64,000 nt of DNA, taken from assembly GCF_028641065.1 (NCBI RefSeq), contig NC_073403.1, positions 26,412,001-26,476,000 on the forward strand, given 5' to 3'. The position numbers and the translations under genes are program-made. Shown here piece by piece: positions 35,255-47,875 of the stretch (within the stretch, counting starts at the first letter, position 1; the number at the start of each line of letters is the position of its first letter). The notes beneath the pieces were generated by a model that worked only from the letters and a program-made list of their open reading frames with translations, was not told the DNA's origin and did no database searches. The DNA is from Leucoraja erinacea (Eukaryota).

Positions 35255-36515
35255 TTTTGAGTAATATAGTCTATGTAAGGTTTTAAATTGAATTAGAGTA
35301 TGTCTTACGTTAATCGAGCATTTATGCACATATAGCAAATGTTTATCCCACCTCTCTTTCGAATTTTTTATAGTTAGTTCGTGTTCCCAGTCTCTTCTAA
35401 TTCCATCGGATGATGGTATTTCTATATTGAGGATGATGTTATATATATGATATTATATTAGCTGATTGGGCCTTTATATTCATTGCTTCGTCCAATAAGT
35501 CTGGAGACAAGTTATGATATTCTTGTGTATATTTTTTCAAATAGTCACATATTTTAAAATATTTAAAATAATGATTATTTCTCAAATTGTATTTTAGTTG
35601 TAGTTGTTGAAATTATAATAAACTTCCAGTTTCAAACATGACTCCAAACGTTTTAATTCCTATTCTTTCCCAATGTATAAATGATTTATCTATAATAGAT
35701 GGTTTAAACGATGGGTTATTAACTATTGGAGAAAGAAGCTAAAATAAGTAAACTTTTTCCTAATGTCTCCCCTATCTGTGATTAATGTCTATCCCAAGAA
35801 GCAACATTCCTTTGTTTTCTGTATAAAAATCCAAACATTTTCGAATTATATTTTTGAAATTTTCACAAAATTATTTAAAATAAAACTGATACCGAATGCA
35901 GAATTGATTATTTTTGGAACAATGGAAGGCATCCCTGAGCAAACTGCGTCCCAAAAGAACCTACTTAATTACGGTTTAATAATGGGAAAAAACATACTTA
36001 AATTCTGGAAAAACGCCCCAACACCAACAATAAATATGTGGATTTCAAATATGTTCGAAATGCTACACCTGGAAGACATGAGATTCCTTCTAGCAGGCAA
36101 ACCGGACCATTTCCAAACGATTTGGTCTTCATTTATCGACTTACTACAAGTATAAGGTACAACAGAATTCTGAAAAGAAATGGTTTCAGGACCTGGTGAG
36201 GGGGGAGAAAATATACGAAGTTGGTATATCCCTTTTAGCTCATTTTTTTACTTTTAACATTTCTTCTGGTTTTTTTTCTCTTTTTCCTTATCTATGGCTT
36301 ACTTCTTAACTTTTTTTTCCAATTCTTCGTGTCTAAGGGTCTTTTTTTTATCACTCTTTCACACACTCACTATCCTATCTCACTTTCTATACTTTTCTTC
36401 TTTTTAAAGTTTAAAATATGAAGTGGTACAAGAAATGTATTATGTTATTTTTGGCTAATAGTATTGTAATGTACACTTCTAAGTTTTTTTTCCTTTTTTT
36501 TTTTTAAATAAATAA
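35255..36515 (+). mobile_element. L1-clade LINE, 5'-truncated with inverted 5' segment (35255-35738 minus; 35739-36515 plus)
   Basis: Minus part translates LLSPIVNNPSFKPS...KCSINVRHTLIQFKTLHRLYYSK and continues into the plus part TKISKLFPNVSPICD...PTPTINMWI..FQTIWSSF; (TAAA)n tail; 16-bp TSD ATAAATGTAAGGTGGT (35239-35254, 36516-36531). Confidence 0.9.
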
Positions 36516-36944
36516 ATAAATGTAAGGTGGTATCAAATGGCCCATGACTAAAGATGATGAGAATAATTTATGATTTAAGCCAAAAACGGAAAAGCACAAT
36601 CTGCTTTCCCTGAATGCCTGGGCCTCACTGTTAATGGATATGAGCTTGTGATCTGTTCTTTCGAGGAGCCTTTGGATTGTATTCCAATCTGGATATTTTC
36701 ATGAGTTCAGAGACATTATCTGGAAGAAAAGAGGTACCCTGGTACCCTGTATTGAACAAACACAATAGAAACCAGTCGCTCATTACACTTCTATCTACAG
36801 CATGTTTGATGCATAGAATGATTACTTTACTTGCCCTACACAACAATCAGACCATCATTCACTTTGGAACTCCAAAAGATTTAATGCCGCCAAATTATCA
36901 CTCTCCCCCCCATTCATATTCATAAAGAAGGAAGAAACTATTCC

Positions 36945-37100
36945 AACGTTTAAGAAACACTTACACAGGTACATGGATCGGACAGGTTTAGAGGGATATG
37001 GGCCACATGCAGGCAGGTGGGACTAGTGTAGATGGGACATGTTGGTCGATGTGGGCATGTTGGGCCGAAGGGCCTGTTTCCGCACTGTAAAACTCTAATA
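36945..37100 (+). mobile_element. HER1-type CR1 3' end
   Basis: TTTAGAGGGATATGGGCC..GTTGGGCCGAAGGGCCTGTTTCC. Confidence 0.75.
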
Positions 37101-37579
37101 AGTAAACTGGCAATGAAGATACAACACAGTTTCATTGTCGCTTCTGCTACGGACATGGAATTAGTCTCAAGGACAAATGTCAGGCACATTAAATAAAATG
37201 ATACAACAAAAAATACAAAATATTATCAAATATTCTAAGTAAACTATGATTGTGCAAGCCAAAGTATGTAGAGCAACCTGAGTAGTTCATAATAATGTAT
37301 TGTTGTGTTAGAGTTGTGATTGATTGAATGAAAGATACAGCATGGAAACTGATCCTTTGACCCATTGAGTGCACGCCGACCATTGATTACCAGTTCTCAC
37401 TGTAGTTATGTTATCCCGCTTTCGCTTCCACTCACTATTGATTGATTGTTTTTTTATTATCACACGTGAAAATGGTTTTGCACACCATACACAAGTTATG
37501 CAACGAGTCACCACGTATAAGGGTGCCAACAAAGTTACAAAGCATTCATTATAATCCCTAATGGTCCCAGAGATCTGCT

Positions 37580-38028
37580 GCCAGTGGAGAGGGTCCAGAG
37601 CAGATTTATGATCTCAGGAATGATTGGATTAACATAAGGCTCTGGTCCTCGCTGGAGTTTAGAAGGATGAGAGGACACCTCATTGAAACTTAACGACTAA
37701 TGAACGGCCTGTATAGACTGGATGTGGAGAGGATGTTTCCACTAGTGGGAGAGTCTATGACCAGGGTCCATGGCCTCAGAATAAAAGGACATACCTTTAG
37801 AAAGGAGGTCAGCAGTTGGTAAATCTGTGGAATTCATTGTCACAGAATGCTGTGGAGGCCAAGCCATTGGATATTTTTAAGGTGGAGACTGGCAGATTTT
37901 TGATTAGGTCGGTGCCCGGGGTTATGGGGCAAAGGCTGGAGAATTGGGTTGAGAGGGAAAGAAAGAGCAGCCATGATTGAATGGCAGAGTAGACTTGATG
38001 GGCCGAATGGCCTAATACCGCTCCTAGA
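37580..38028 (+). mobile_element. CR1 LINE 3' fragment
   Basis: GAGAGGGTCCAGAGCAGATTT, CTGGAGTTTAGAAGGATGAGAGG, GGGCCGAATGGCCTAA; similar to 10125-10512. Confidence 0.8.
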
Positions 38029-38059
38029 ATGTGTAAACTATGTTCCTACACAAATAGCA

Positions 38060-38270
38060 TCATGAAGATGCAGGCAGCTTTATTTGACCAAACAAGTAAT
38101 CTTCATCTTCTCCGTACCCCAAATTGTGCATTGCTGTTATGGAAACGTCCTGTCTGTGTTGTTAACATGCAGCATCTCGGAATTTTAAGCAAGTTGTATA
38201 GATGGCTTACAACAGTTTGCCACTGGACAATCTAATGCACAAGCAGCAGAACAAAATCACTTGCGAGCAA
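38060..38270 (-). other. Candidate terminal exon of an unidentified host gene
   Basis: Long pyrimidine tract and acceptor TTCCCTTTCCTTTATTTCCTTTCTTTATTATTTATTTCAG|TTGCTCGCAAGTGA; AATAAA at 38079-38084; apparently non-repetitive sequence. Confidence 0.35.
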
Positions 38271-39059
38271 CTGAAATAAATAATAAAGAAAGGAAATAAA
38301 GGAAAGGGAACGATAAAAGCATGATCAAACAGGAAGAAAAATACTTGCGTTGGTCAAATACCAAAGCTTCTTGTGGTTAGTCAGGAGTAGCATCATTATT
38401 GTGCTGTAAGAGATGAAGCAGACAACTTGAACAGAGCAAGTTACCAAAAAAATCACAATAACATTATTGACCAGGTAATCTGTGATTTCAACCAAAAAAA
38501 AACATTGTCCAGTTGCACACAATAACAGGAACAGTAATCATTCACATCCAGTTCAGACGCAAGACGATTCCTGGGGTTAATATCTTTCTCAAAGGAAGAT
38601 ATTGTCAGTTTGTCAGGGCTGTCTTACAGTGCCAACCTAGATTTGTGCTCAACGTCTTACAGTGAGTCTTGATGCCCATAAACCTATCTCTCAAAGCCAA
38701 ATCTGACACAATTACACCATGCTGCAAGCCACTGAATGAAGATTTTATGCTAAATTATAGCAGAGCAATCTTCACAAAAATACTTTTGTAACGATAATAA
38801 ACCACAAATGTGGATTCATGAGATAAACTGTATGGCCACCAACTTTGGAATGTTAACTGTTCCAGCATGACTTCCAGATGAACACTTGCATTGTGACTGC
38901 CCTGGTGAAGATAATTTCCTCCCTCCTCACCTGCTTTGCATTTCAGGCACCTTCTATTTTTATTTCAGGAACAAGTACGTTTTTCATGTGTGACGTAAAT
39001 GTTTAATGTGAGAAAAATGTTTGTGGTCCATGCTGCCTTGTGTGAAGTTCCCTCGTGAG

Positions 39060-39520
39060 ATCCTCTGTGTACCGATCCCCATTGGAAGCACTTCCTTCCT
39101 TGAATATAGACATTAAAACACCTCACCCAGGTCTAACATTGATTCATATATCTCAGCCAAGGCTCCTGTAATTTCTCCTCTCGCTTCCCACAGCCACCTT
39201 GGATATATCTGATCAGGTCCAGGAGATTTAACACTTTCATATGAAGGTTCCTTCTTAGATCACCGAGCATCTCCTCGACCATAATATGGACTTTTAGTCA
39301 TTTAGACCTTTCCATTAACTGTCCCAAGTTCACCAGTTTTCATGTCCTTCTTCAGGGTATAAAACAGAAGAGAAATACTCATTGAGGATCTTGCCCATCT
39401 TCTGCAGCTCCGCACAAATCTAACCGCTTTGGTTTTGGGGCGGCCTTATTTTCTCTCGAGTTACCCTATTTCCCTTAATGTACGTACAATGTTCTGCTGG
39501 TTTTTTTCATTACTGTTTGC
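39060..39520 (-). mobile_element. Old CR1 internal fragment (ORF2 linker region)
   Basis: GGATATATCTGATCAGGTCCAGGAGATTTA = KSPGPDQIYP on the minus strand; AGAGAAATACTCATTGAG = LNEYFS. Confidence 0.65.
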
Positions 39521-39824
39521 AATAAATAATTAAATCTACTGGTTTATCTTTTACACTGGATTAAACAAGATTTTAACTGAGGCTCAAATTTCCCTATCTC
39601 CGTTTAATCTGTGCAGCATAAAAATATTCCACTGGTAACCTTTTCAAATTGATATTTTTAGAGAAAAGGTAATTGACCTTTATCTGAACATTGACCGTCG
39701 ATGTTGATTGGACTGATTGATCTACCTGCCCAGTCTAAAGACAGATACTGATATGAATTGGTACATGAGAGATAACTCACTCAGATTGCAAGGAGGCCAT
39801 GAATTTTTGTTGATTTAAATTTAG

Positions 39825-40145
39825 TGGGCATCTCAGTGGCGCAGCGGTAGAGTTGCTGCCTTCCAGCGCCAGGGATGCGGATTTGATCCTAACTATGGGT
39901 GCTGTCTGTATTGAGTCTGCACGTTCTCCCTGTGACCACGTGAGTTTTCTCCAGATGATTCAGTATCCTCCCACTTTCCAAAGACGTACGTGTTTGTAGG
40001 TTAATTGACTTTGGTAAAATTGTAAATAGTTTCTAGTATGTAGGATATTGTTCATGTATGGGATAATCACTGACCTGCTCATAATCAGTGGGCCAAAGAG
40101 CCTGTTTGTGTGCTGTATTTCCAACTCAAAAATAAATCTAAAATT
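39825..40145 (+). mobile_element. HE1-type V-SINE
   Basis: GTGGCGCAGCGGTAGAGTTGCTGCC head, core and tail. Confidence 0.85.
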
Positions 40146-40321
40146 AGAAATTCATTGCTTAAATGTTAAAGTACAAAAAATAATCCCTTGCACCTAATAA
40201 TCATTGAGAATTTCAAAATTGTGCCTGGACCTTCAAGTTGTGTATTGGGATTCTTGAGAAAACTTTATGTATATCTGGAGAATGGTTATAAGAATAATCT
40301 TAGGAAAAATGTTAAATCAGA

Positions 40322-40520
40322 TTTTAGTTTTAGTTTTAGAAATACAGCGCAGAAACAGGCCTTTCGGCCCACCAAGTCTGTGCCGACCAGCAATTCCCGC
40401 ACACTAATGCTATCCTATACACACTGGGGACAATTCACAATTATACCAAGCCAATTAACCTATAACCTGTACGTCATTAGAGTGAGAGAGGAAACTGGGG
40501 ATCCCGCAGATATCAAGTGA
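40322..40520 (-). mobile_element. HE1-type V-SINE 3' half
   Basis: (TTTAG)n, AATACAGCGCAGAAACAGGCCTTTCGGCCCACC. Confidence 0.8.
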
Positions 40521-41159
40521 AGTTCACAAGATGATTAGTATCTTGAAATTCCCATGTTGTAATTCTATTCCTTTCAAAATCAGAGTATTCAAAACAGAAT
40601 ACCCCTTTCATTCGATGTATATTTTCCTGACTTTTTTCCTGTCAACATTAACAAAGAATGATTTGACCTATTAGAATGGGTCTTTTATCAAATGATAATC
40701 CCCTTTCCTCAAAATCAATTGCTCTTTGCTTATAGTGATAAGAGTCTAGAGCACCGTAAGTACAGGTGTGCAATGGGTTATTAATAGACTCACGTCAAGA
40801 GAAATGATAAAGACCAAGGATGTGATGTGTGATATGGAATCACTTCATCACTTTGAACTATATTAATTCTCACTTTAGTACACATCATCCACGGGTGATG
40901 AATATATTGCTGTTACATGGTGTCTAAAGGGAAATTAATATTTAATACTGGGATATAGTGAAGAAGTGTTTTATTGTCATATGTCCCAGATAGAACAATG
41001 AAATGTTTACTTGCAGCAGCACAACAGACTATGTAACCATCTTACACAGTAAGCAATATAATAAATGAGAAAAAATGTTCAGTGTGTGTATATATACGCA
41101 TACACACATATATATGCATATTTATCTATATATATTCCCACACACACATAAAAAAATGG

Positions 41160-42050
41160 GTGGAGCCAGAAACAGCTGCCTCTCCAACAATCTGTCTGAC
41201 CTTTCCTATTTTCTGTTTTAATTGTATGTTAAATGTTTGTTTTTTGTGTTCTTTAGCTTGTTTTACGTGGGGGGTTGTGGGAAACGTTTTTGAGATGTAA
41301 TTTATTTTCCGTATCGTATCTCCGTCTGCACTGCGGCCTAACATCGATGAGTTGCCGACTTTTGCTTTCAAGAGGGAGCTAGATAGGGCTCTTAAAAATA
41401 ACGGAGTCAGGGGATATGGGGAGAAGGCAGGAACGGGGTACTGATTGGGGATGATCAGCCATGATCACATTGAATGGCGGTGCTGGCTCAAAGGGCCAAA
41501 TGGCCTATTCCTGCCCTATTGTCTATTGTCTATTGCTGGAGGCCGATCTTGAGAGCTCCACCGCGGGGAGCCTGCGGGACTTTAACATCATGGAGCCTGC
41601 GATCCCTTTGCCAGGGGTCGACCTCAGAGCTCCAATCAGGTGTGCTTGGCGACTTTAACATCACGAACCCCGCGGTCTCTGGTCAAAGACCGACTTCAGG
41701 AATGCCAAGTCACGGGAGTTTCGACCTCCCTGATGCGGAGTTTCGATCGCCCCGACACGAGAGTTTCAATTGCCCCGACACGGGGACTTCGAACGCCGGC
41801 TGCGGGAGCTTCGATCGCCCCGACAGATGGTTCGACTGTTCCGACCACGGGAGAATAAAGAGGAAGATTGGACTTTTTTTGCCTTCCATCACAGTGAGGA
41901 ACATGGGGAATCCACTGTGGTGGATGTTTATGTTAACCTTTATGTAGTTGCGTGCCATGTTGCTTTTTTTTTTCGTACGGCTGTATGGTAATTCATATGT
42001 CACTGTACCGTAACTGGTACATGTGACAATAAAAGACTTTTGAAACCTTT
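41160..42050 (+). mobile_element. GC-rich non-coding retroposon with Rex1-like tail, containing a CR1 3' fragment (41366-41535), nested in a minus-strand Rex tail (40955-42205)
   Basis: Homology to 14441-15115 at both ends; internal TTCGATCGCCCCGAC repeats. Confidence 0.7.
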
Positions 42051-42422
42051 GAAATAAACATACCATAATATTGCAATAATAATAACAATAATATTCTATG
42101 TAGCTCAGAGTTTAATGGAGGTTGTAAGGGTTAATAGCCCGATGGCTGTAGGGAAGAAGTTGTTCCTGAACCTGGGCATTACAGATTTCAGGTTCCTGTA
42201 CCTATGCTTGTGTTGCAGACATTGAGCATTTATCGTAAGGCTAATTTAAATGATCGTAACTGAGTCGTTTCTAGTCATAGAGATATACAGCGTGTAAACA
42301 GGCCCTTTAACCCAGACCTGCCCTGGTTTGACATACCAAAGTGCAACACCTCATACTTATTAGAAATAAATGCCATTCTTTGGCCCACTTTCCCAACTGA
42401 TCTAGATCCTCTTGTAAACGAA

Positions 42423-42670
42423 AGGGCCTGTCCCACTTTCACGACCTAATTAACAACCTTTTTTACTCGTGGACATTTTTCATCATGTTGAAAAAACGCC
42501 CCGACCTACTTGATGCCACGAGTACCTACGACTGGCATCACGACCTGCTACGACCTACCTACGACCTCCTACGACCTCCTATGACCTGGTGACGACCATG
42601 CGGCGAGTATGAGTCAAGGGCAAACTCGGCAGAGGTCGTGAATTAGGTCGTGGAAGTGGGACAGGTCCCT
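42423..42670. mobile_element. MITE, Harbinger-like, type D
   Basis: TIR AGGGCCTGTCCCACTTTCACGACCTAATT / AATTAGGTCGTGGAAGTGGGACAGGTCCCT; internal CCTACGACCT repeats; inserted in a CR1 fragment. Confidence 0.8.
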
Positions 42671-42902
42671 TAGATGTCCTTCCTCACTCACCTGCAAACC
42701 ACCAATTTTGGTGTCATCTACAGATTAATCAACAATTGCCACAAAGTTCTGCAACAGTGGAGTGAATAAAAACTGTGGATACAGTGGATTTGTGTAAATG
42801 AGTATGTGCAGATTTGATGGGTGAAGGGCCTGTTTTGTGCTGTATGTCTCTCTGTAGCTTAATGAATATGTAAGGCCCATAGCATCAAACGTTACTGGAT
42901 AT

Positions 42903-43374
42903 TAGAGTCATACATCGTGGAAACAGGCCCTTAGGCCCAACCTGCCCACACCAATCAACATGTCCCATCTATACAAGTCTCACCTGCTAGCGTTTGGCCC
43001 AAATCATGTTAAACCTATCCTATCCATGTACCTGTCTAAATGTTTCTTAAACGTTTTGGTAGTACCTGCCTTAATTACCTCCTCCGGCAGCTCGTTCCAT
43101 ACACCCACGACACTTTGGGTACAAAAAGTTACTCCTCAGGCTCTTATTAATTCTTTCCCCCCTCACGTAAACCTATGTTCTCTGGTTCTTGATTCCCCTA
43201 CTCTGGGCAACAGACTCTATGTGTTTACCCGATCTATTTCTCTCATGAGTTTGTACATCTCTATAAGATCACTCCTCATCCACCTACACTTCAAGGAATA
43301 GGGTCCTAGCCTGCTCATCCTCACCCGTGAGCTCAGACCCCCGAGTCCTGGCGACATCCTCGTAAATCTTGCAT
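42903..43374 (-). mobile_element. HER1-type CR1 3' end
   Basis: GGAAACAGGCCCTTAGGCCCAAC tail; homologous to 13075-13555. Confidence 0.8.
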
Positions 43375-43835
43375 GTTGTTTATGGATGTATTATGGATCA
43401 CAGCAGTTCTTGGGAGCCAGAGGCCAAGCTGGCTGGTAGCAGTAGGAGCAATAAGTCCTGCATTGAGTTTGGTAAAACCTGGTGAGAAGCTGGAAGGATG
43501 GAGATCAAATGCATGCATTACGGCCCCCAGTCAGTTGGAGGGCAAGGAGGGAGATCTGTGGGTTGGCCACACATGCAGAAAGACGAGAGGGCCTGTACAT
43601 CGGGCCATCCGTAGCGGTGACTATGCAGGGTTCATGGCCCCGACCACGGGTGAACAAAGGAGGACTGGCTGAACTTTGTGCCTTCCACCACAGTGAAGGA
43701 TGCTATGGTGGATGTTTGTGTTAAATCTTACTGTGTATTGTGTGTTCTTTTAAATTGTATCGCTGCTGGCAAATTCATTTCGCTGCACCTTCAATAAATG
43801 CATGTGACAAATAAAATTGACTTTGACTTTAACTT
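43375..43835 (+). mobile_element. GC-rich non-coding retroposon with Rex1-like tail
   Basis: CCCCGACCACGGGTGAACAAAGGAGG..GCCTTCCACCACAGTGA..CATGTGACAAATAAA, (TTGACT)n tail. Confidence 0.65.
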
Positions 43836-44044
43836 TAGAACAGCTTCCTGCCACAGCTATCAGATTCATGAGCCGATCATATCTTTCTTACTCCCTTCCC
43901 AGTGGTACTATAACATACTTTTACTCATAGCTCATTTGGTTATTCAGTTATTTTTTCCTTTGTACTTCTTTAGATTACCCTGCAATCTTTGCTCCATTGT
44001 GCTGTTCTTGCATTTGTCTCTGTTAGACAAATAACCGGTAATGA

Positions 44045-44360
44045 GGGCCGCCTGGTGGCGCAATGGCAGAGTTGCTGCCTTACAGCGCCTGAGAACTGGG
44101 TTCGATCCTGACTATATATAGGTGCTCTCTATATGGAGTTTATACGTTCTCCCCATGACCTGCGTGGGTTTTCTCTGGGTGCTCCGGTTCCCTCCCACAC
44201 TACAAAGACATTCAAGTTTGTAGGTTAATTGGCTTCGGTAAAATTGTAAATTATCCCTAGTGTGTGTACAGGATAGTGTTAGTGTGCGGGGATCATTGGT
44301 CAGCGCGGTCTCGGTGGGCCAAAGTGCCCATTTCCATGCAGTATCTCTAAACTAAACTAA
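44045..44360 (+). mobile_element. HE1-type V-SINE, full length
   Basis: A-box TGGCGCAATGG, B-box GGTTCGATCC, V-core, (CTAAA)n tail. Confidence 0.9.
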
Positions 44361-44960
44361 TGATGAGTCAGGGTCTAGGAGCGAGATTGGTAGTCTGGTT
44401 GAGGGGTACCAGAACAACAACCTTGCTCTCAACGTTAGAAAGACCATGGAGTCGTTTGTTAACTTCAGGAAGAGAAAGCCAATGGTCCATGACCTGTCTT
44501 GAATCAACAGCTTCGAGTTCCTGGACGTGCATATCTCAGATGATCTGTTCTGGACCCAGTTATGCAATACAGAGAACTCCTCAGCACCTTTACTTCCTCA
44601 GAGGTGTGAGGAAATTCAACATGTCACTGAATACTCTATCAAACCACTACAGATTGTCTCGTTACATCAGGGTGTGATTTGGTACTTAACACGCTAAAAT
44701 TAAAGAGAATGTAGAAAGTTGCGGACCTTGTCCAGTCCATCATTGATATTGAACTCTCCACCCATCAAGGGATCTACAGGAAGTATTGTATTACCAAGGC
44801 AGCTACTTTCATCAACAACTCGCAACACCCTGGCCAGACTTGTATCTCATTGCTACCACCGAGGAGAAGGTAAAGAAGCATAAGAATCATTACTTCTGGG
44901 TTATAGAACAAGTTCTTGAATGACCCGGCATAACCCGAAACACAACCTTACCTTAGTACC
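44358..44960 (+). mobile_element. Rex1/Babar fragment
   Basis: QNNNLALNVRKTME; QHLYFLRGVRKFNMS. Confidence 0.75.
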
Positions 44961-45627
44961 CAACTACAGTGCACCAGTGCTTCCACATCTCAAAAACAAA
45001 ATTCCTGAAATAGAATCCCAAATTTCCTGGAATTTGAGGGTATTTCCTGAAATTTTCAAAATGCTTCCTGAATGCTAATTGTAGTTTGGGTTTTTTTTTC
45101 ACGGGCACACGTTAACAACACAAAGAACAAGGCAAAACAGATCTATGTAACTACACCGTATCTGCCTGCTTCTGTTACTCACTTGTACAGTGTTATGTAA
45201 GGCAGCTTTCGTTGCCTTCAACACCTTTCGTTGTCTTCTCACACGTCATTGTGGTGGCTGTTTAAGTCTAGGTCTAATTTTTATGTGGTTATGTATCTTG
45301 TTGCTTTTTTATATGACTGTTGGCAAATCAAATCAAATTCCTGGTATGTTTACATACTTGGCTAATAAATTAATTACAATTACAATCAAATTAATTACAA
45401 TTATTGAATGGCAGAGTAGACTTGACGGGCCGAATGGCCTAATTCTACTCCTATTCCTTATGACCTTATGATTTTCTGTTGGGAGAATGAAATCAACGTG
45501 TGCAACTGAGATGGAATCTGTGTCAGGTACACTGGAGTGACAGACAACTGGTCAAATATTCACTGACATGATTTCAAGTGGGATTGGCAGCTCTCACCTT
45601 CTACTCTGAAAATAAGAACATTTCAGA

Positions 45628-45935
45628 TTTAGTTTAGTTTATTTTAGAGATACAGCGTGAAACAGGCCCTTTAGCCCACGTAGTCTGTGCCGACCACTAA
45701 TCCCCACACACTAACACTATCCTGCACACTTGGGACAATTTTAAATGTTACCAAAGCCAATGAATTAACCTACAAACCTGTACATATCTGGAATGTAGGA
45801 GGAAACCAGAGCACCTGGAGTAAACCCACGCAGGTAACAGGGAGAACGTACAAACTCTGGTCAGACAGCACCCATAGACAGGATTAAACATGGGTCGCTG
45901 GTAGCAACTCTACCGCTGCGACACCGTGCTGCCCC
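45628..45935 (-). mobile_element. HE1-type V-SINE
   Basis: Tail, core and head in reverse complement. Confidence 0.85.
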
Positions 45936-46449
45936 AAAATTATTGTATAATACTGAAGAAGGGGAAAAAAAAGTCAGAACCAATTTCTAGCCCTATATAT
46001 CCTCCTTCAGTTCAGATGTTAACTGACCCACTGAGTTACTGCAGCACTTTGTGACCAGCTTTGTCTGGATTGGAATCAGGACAGTACATAATCAGCAACA
46101 TATTAACCTTGTGAACTCGGCCGTACTCACAGTCCCACCAAAAGACTATCAGCTTAAATCTCTACCCTTGATTTTAAGGACATCTTCTGATCAATACTCT
46201 AGTAGCTTGGAATGTTATACCATTGGAGAAGCTATTTGAACGACTCAAACCGGGATTGATCTCCTGGTCCAGATGGCAATTAATGATTTCACAAATTGTT
46301 CAAGAAAAAAAAGCATGGAACCCTTCTTGTGTTCTGCATGGCCATTTTATCAGCCAGTATCTTCTCCCAAATCAACCTTACCACTAAATAACTGGTTTAA
46401 TGGTTTATTTACATTTGCATTTGCGGAATTTGCTTTTCTTGCTTCCTTA

Positions 46450-46693
46450 TGCCCCTGTCCCACTTATGCCACTGTCCCACTTAGGAAACCTGAACGGAAA
46501 CCTCTGGAGACTTTGTGCCCCACCCAAGGTTTCCGTGCAGTTCCCGGAGGGTTTTGTCAGTCTCCCTACCTGCTTCCACTACCTGCAACCTACGGCAACC
46601 ACCTGCAAACTTCCGGGAACCGCACGGAAACCTTGGGTGGGGCGCAAAGTCTCCAGAGGTTTCCGTTCAGGTTTCCTAAGTGGGACAGGGGCT
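46450..46693. mobile_element. MITE, Harbinger-like, type C (long foldback, duplicated left TIR)
   Basis: ~75-bp inverted arms; TTA on both flanks; left end TGCCCCTGTCCCACTTA tandemly repeated. Confidence 0.85.
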
Positions 46694-47136
46694 TTATGCA
46701 AATGGATCCATTTTACTGAGACCAGGGCACTTTTAAAAACCATTGCCATCAAGCTCATTGCATAGTATTGATTTTTAAAACTATTACCATCATCTTATTT
46801 TTCAATTGATTTACTTAGGGTCAGTTTTATTTGAAGGGCTTTGTGTCGATGATATTGCTGAGCAATAATAAATCAGCATTGTGAGAGGACTACATTATCA
46901 ACCTACTGTAAGAGATGGTAAGGTTATTAACCAAATGCTGGGGCTTTATGGCTCTGTTAAGCTCAATAATCCTCTTAATGATTGTAAAGCTGAGATTTAC
47001 ACATCGCAATCTGCCATAATATTGAAAGGGTTGATGAGATTGGCCTGAATGTTTGATTTCAGCACTGCTGCAATGAAATTCATTCAGCATCTTGACGTCA
47101 ATGCCTTTTGGATTGAAGTGAGCATTTCTTGCTTAC

Positions 47137-47186
47137 CTGTGGTAAATATTCGGGTGCCTACATTCCCAATAGCAGTCGTCTGAGAA
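47137..47186 (-). CDS. Candidate 50-nt internal exon of an unidentified host gene
   Basis: Acceptor TATTTTATTTTCCAG and donor CAG|GTAAGC; two open frames (FSDDCYWECRHPNIYH or SQTTAIGNVGTRIFTT); lies in apparently TE-free sequence. Confidence 0.5.
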
Positions 47187-47569
47187 CTGGAAAATAAAAT
47201 ATAAGATGAAGTTTAAAAAAAAACATGAATATATTCCACTTTTACCAAAAGTAGTAGTAGAATATATTAATAGTTTGATGTTTAAGAAGGAATACACAGT
47301 GTATGGGATTAGATCAGAAAACAATTAATGAACAGGAACTCAGATGTAGGTCTGTTTTTTTTTTCACTGCAGAAAATGTTACTCTCAAATATTGTCTCTT
47401 TCCTGCTCTCCAGCCTGACTAATGTAGTCAGTGATCACCTGGTGCCTGGATTAATTTAAACCATTCATCCTAATCATTATGATATGATTACATCTGTTTT
47501 CTACACAAAATCAAACCTACAATCGTCTCATCTGACTTCCTGATGGGTTTTTTTTAATTTGCTCTAGAT

Positions 47570-47875
47570 TTTTAGTTTAGTTTAGAGGCGCAGTGCAGAA
47601 TCAGGCCCTTTGGCCCACCGAGTCCACACCGACCAGCAATCCCCGCACACTAATATCATCCTACACACCACGCACAGTTTACATTTATACCTAAGCAATT
47701 AACCTACAAACTTGTACGTCTTTGGAGTGTGGGAGGAATCCGAAGATCTCAGAGAAAACCCACGCAGGTCACGGGAAGAACACACAAACTCCGTACAGAT
47801 AAGCACCCGTAGTTAGGATTAAACACGGGTCTCTGTAAGGCCGTAACTCTACCACTACGCCAATGTGCTGCCCTG
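47570..47875 (-). mobile_element. HE1-type V-SINE
   Basis: Tail, core and head in reverse complement. Confidence 0.85.

Noticed and set aside
44045-44120. tRNA-like A/B boxes
   Set aside because: They are the head of an HE1 SINE continuing into the V-domain, not a tRNA gene.
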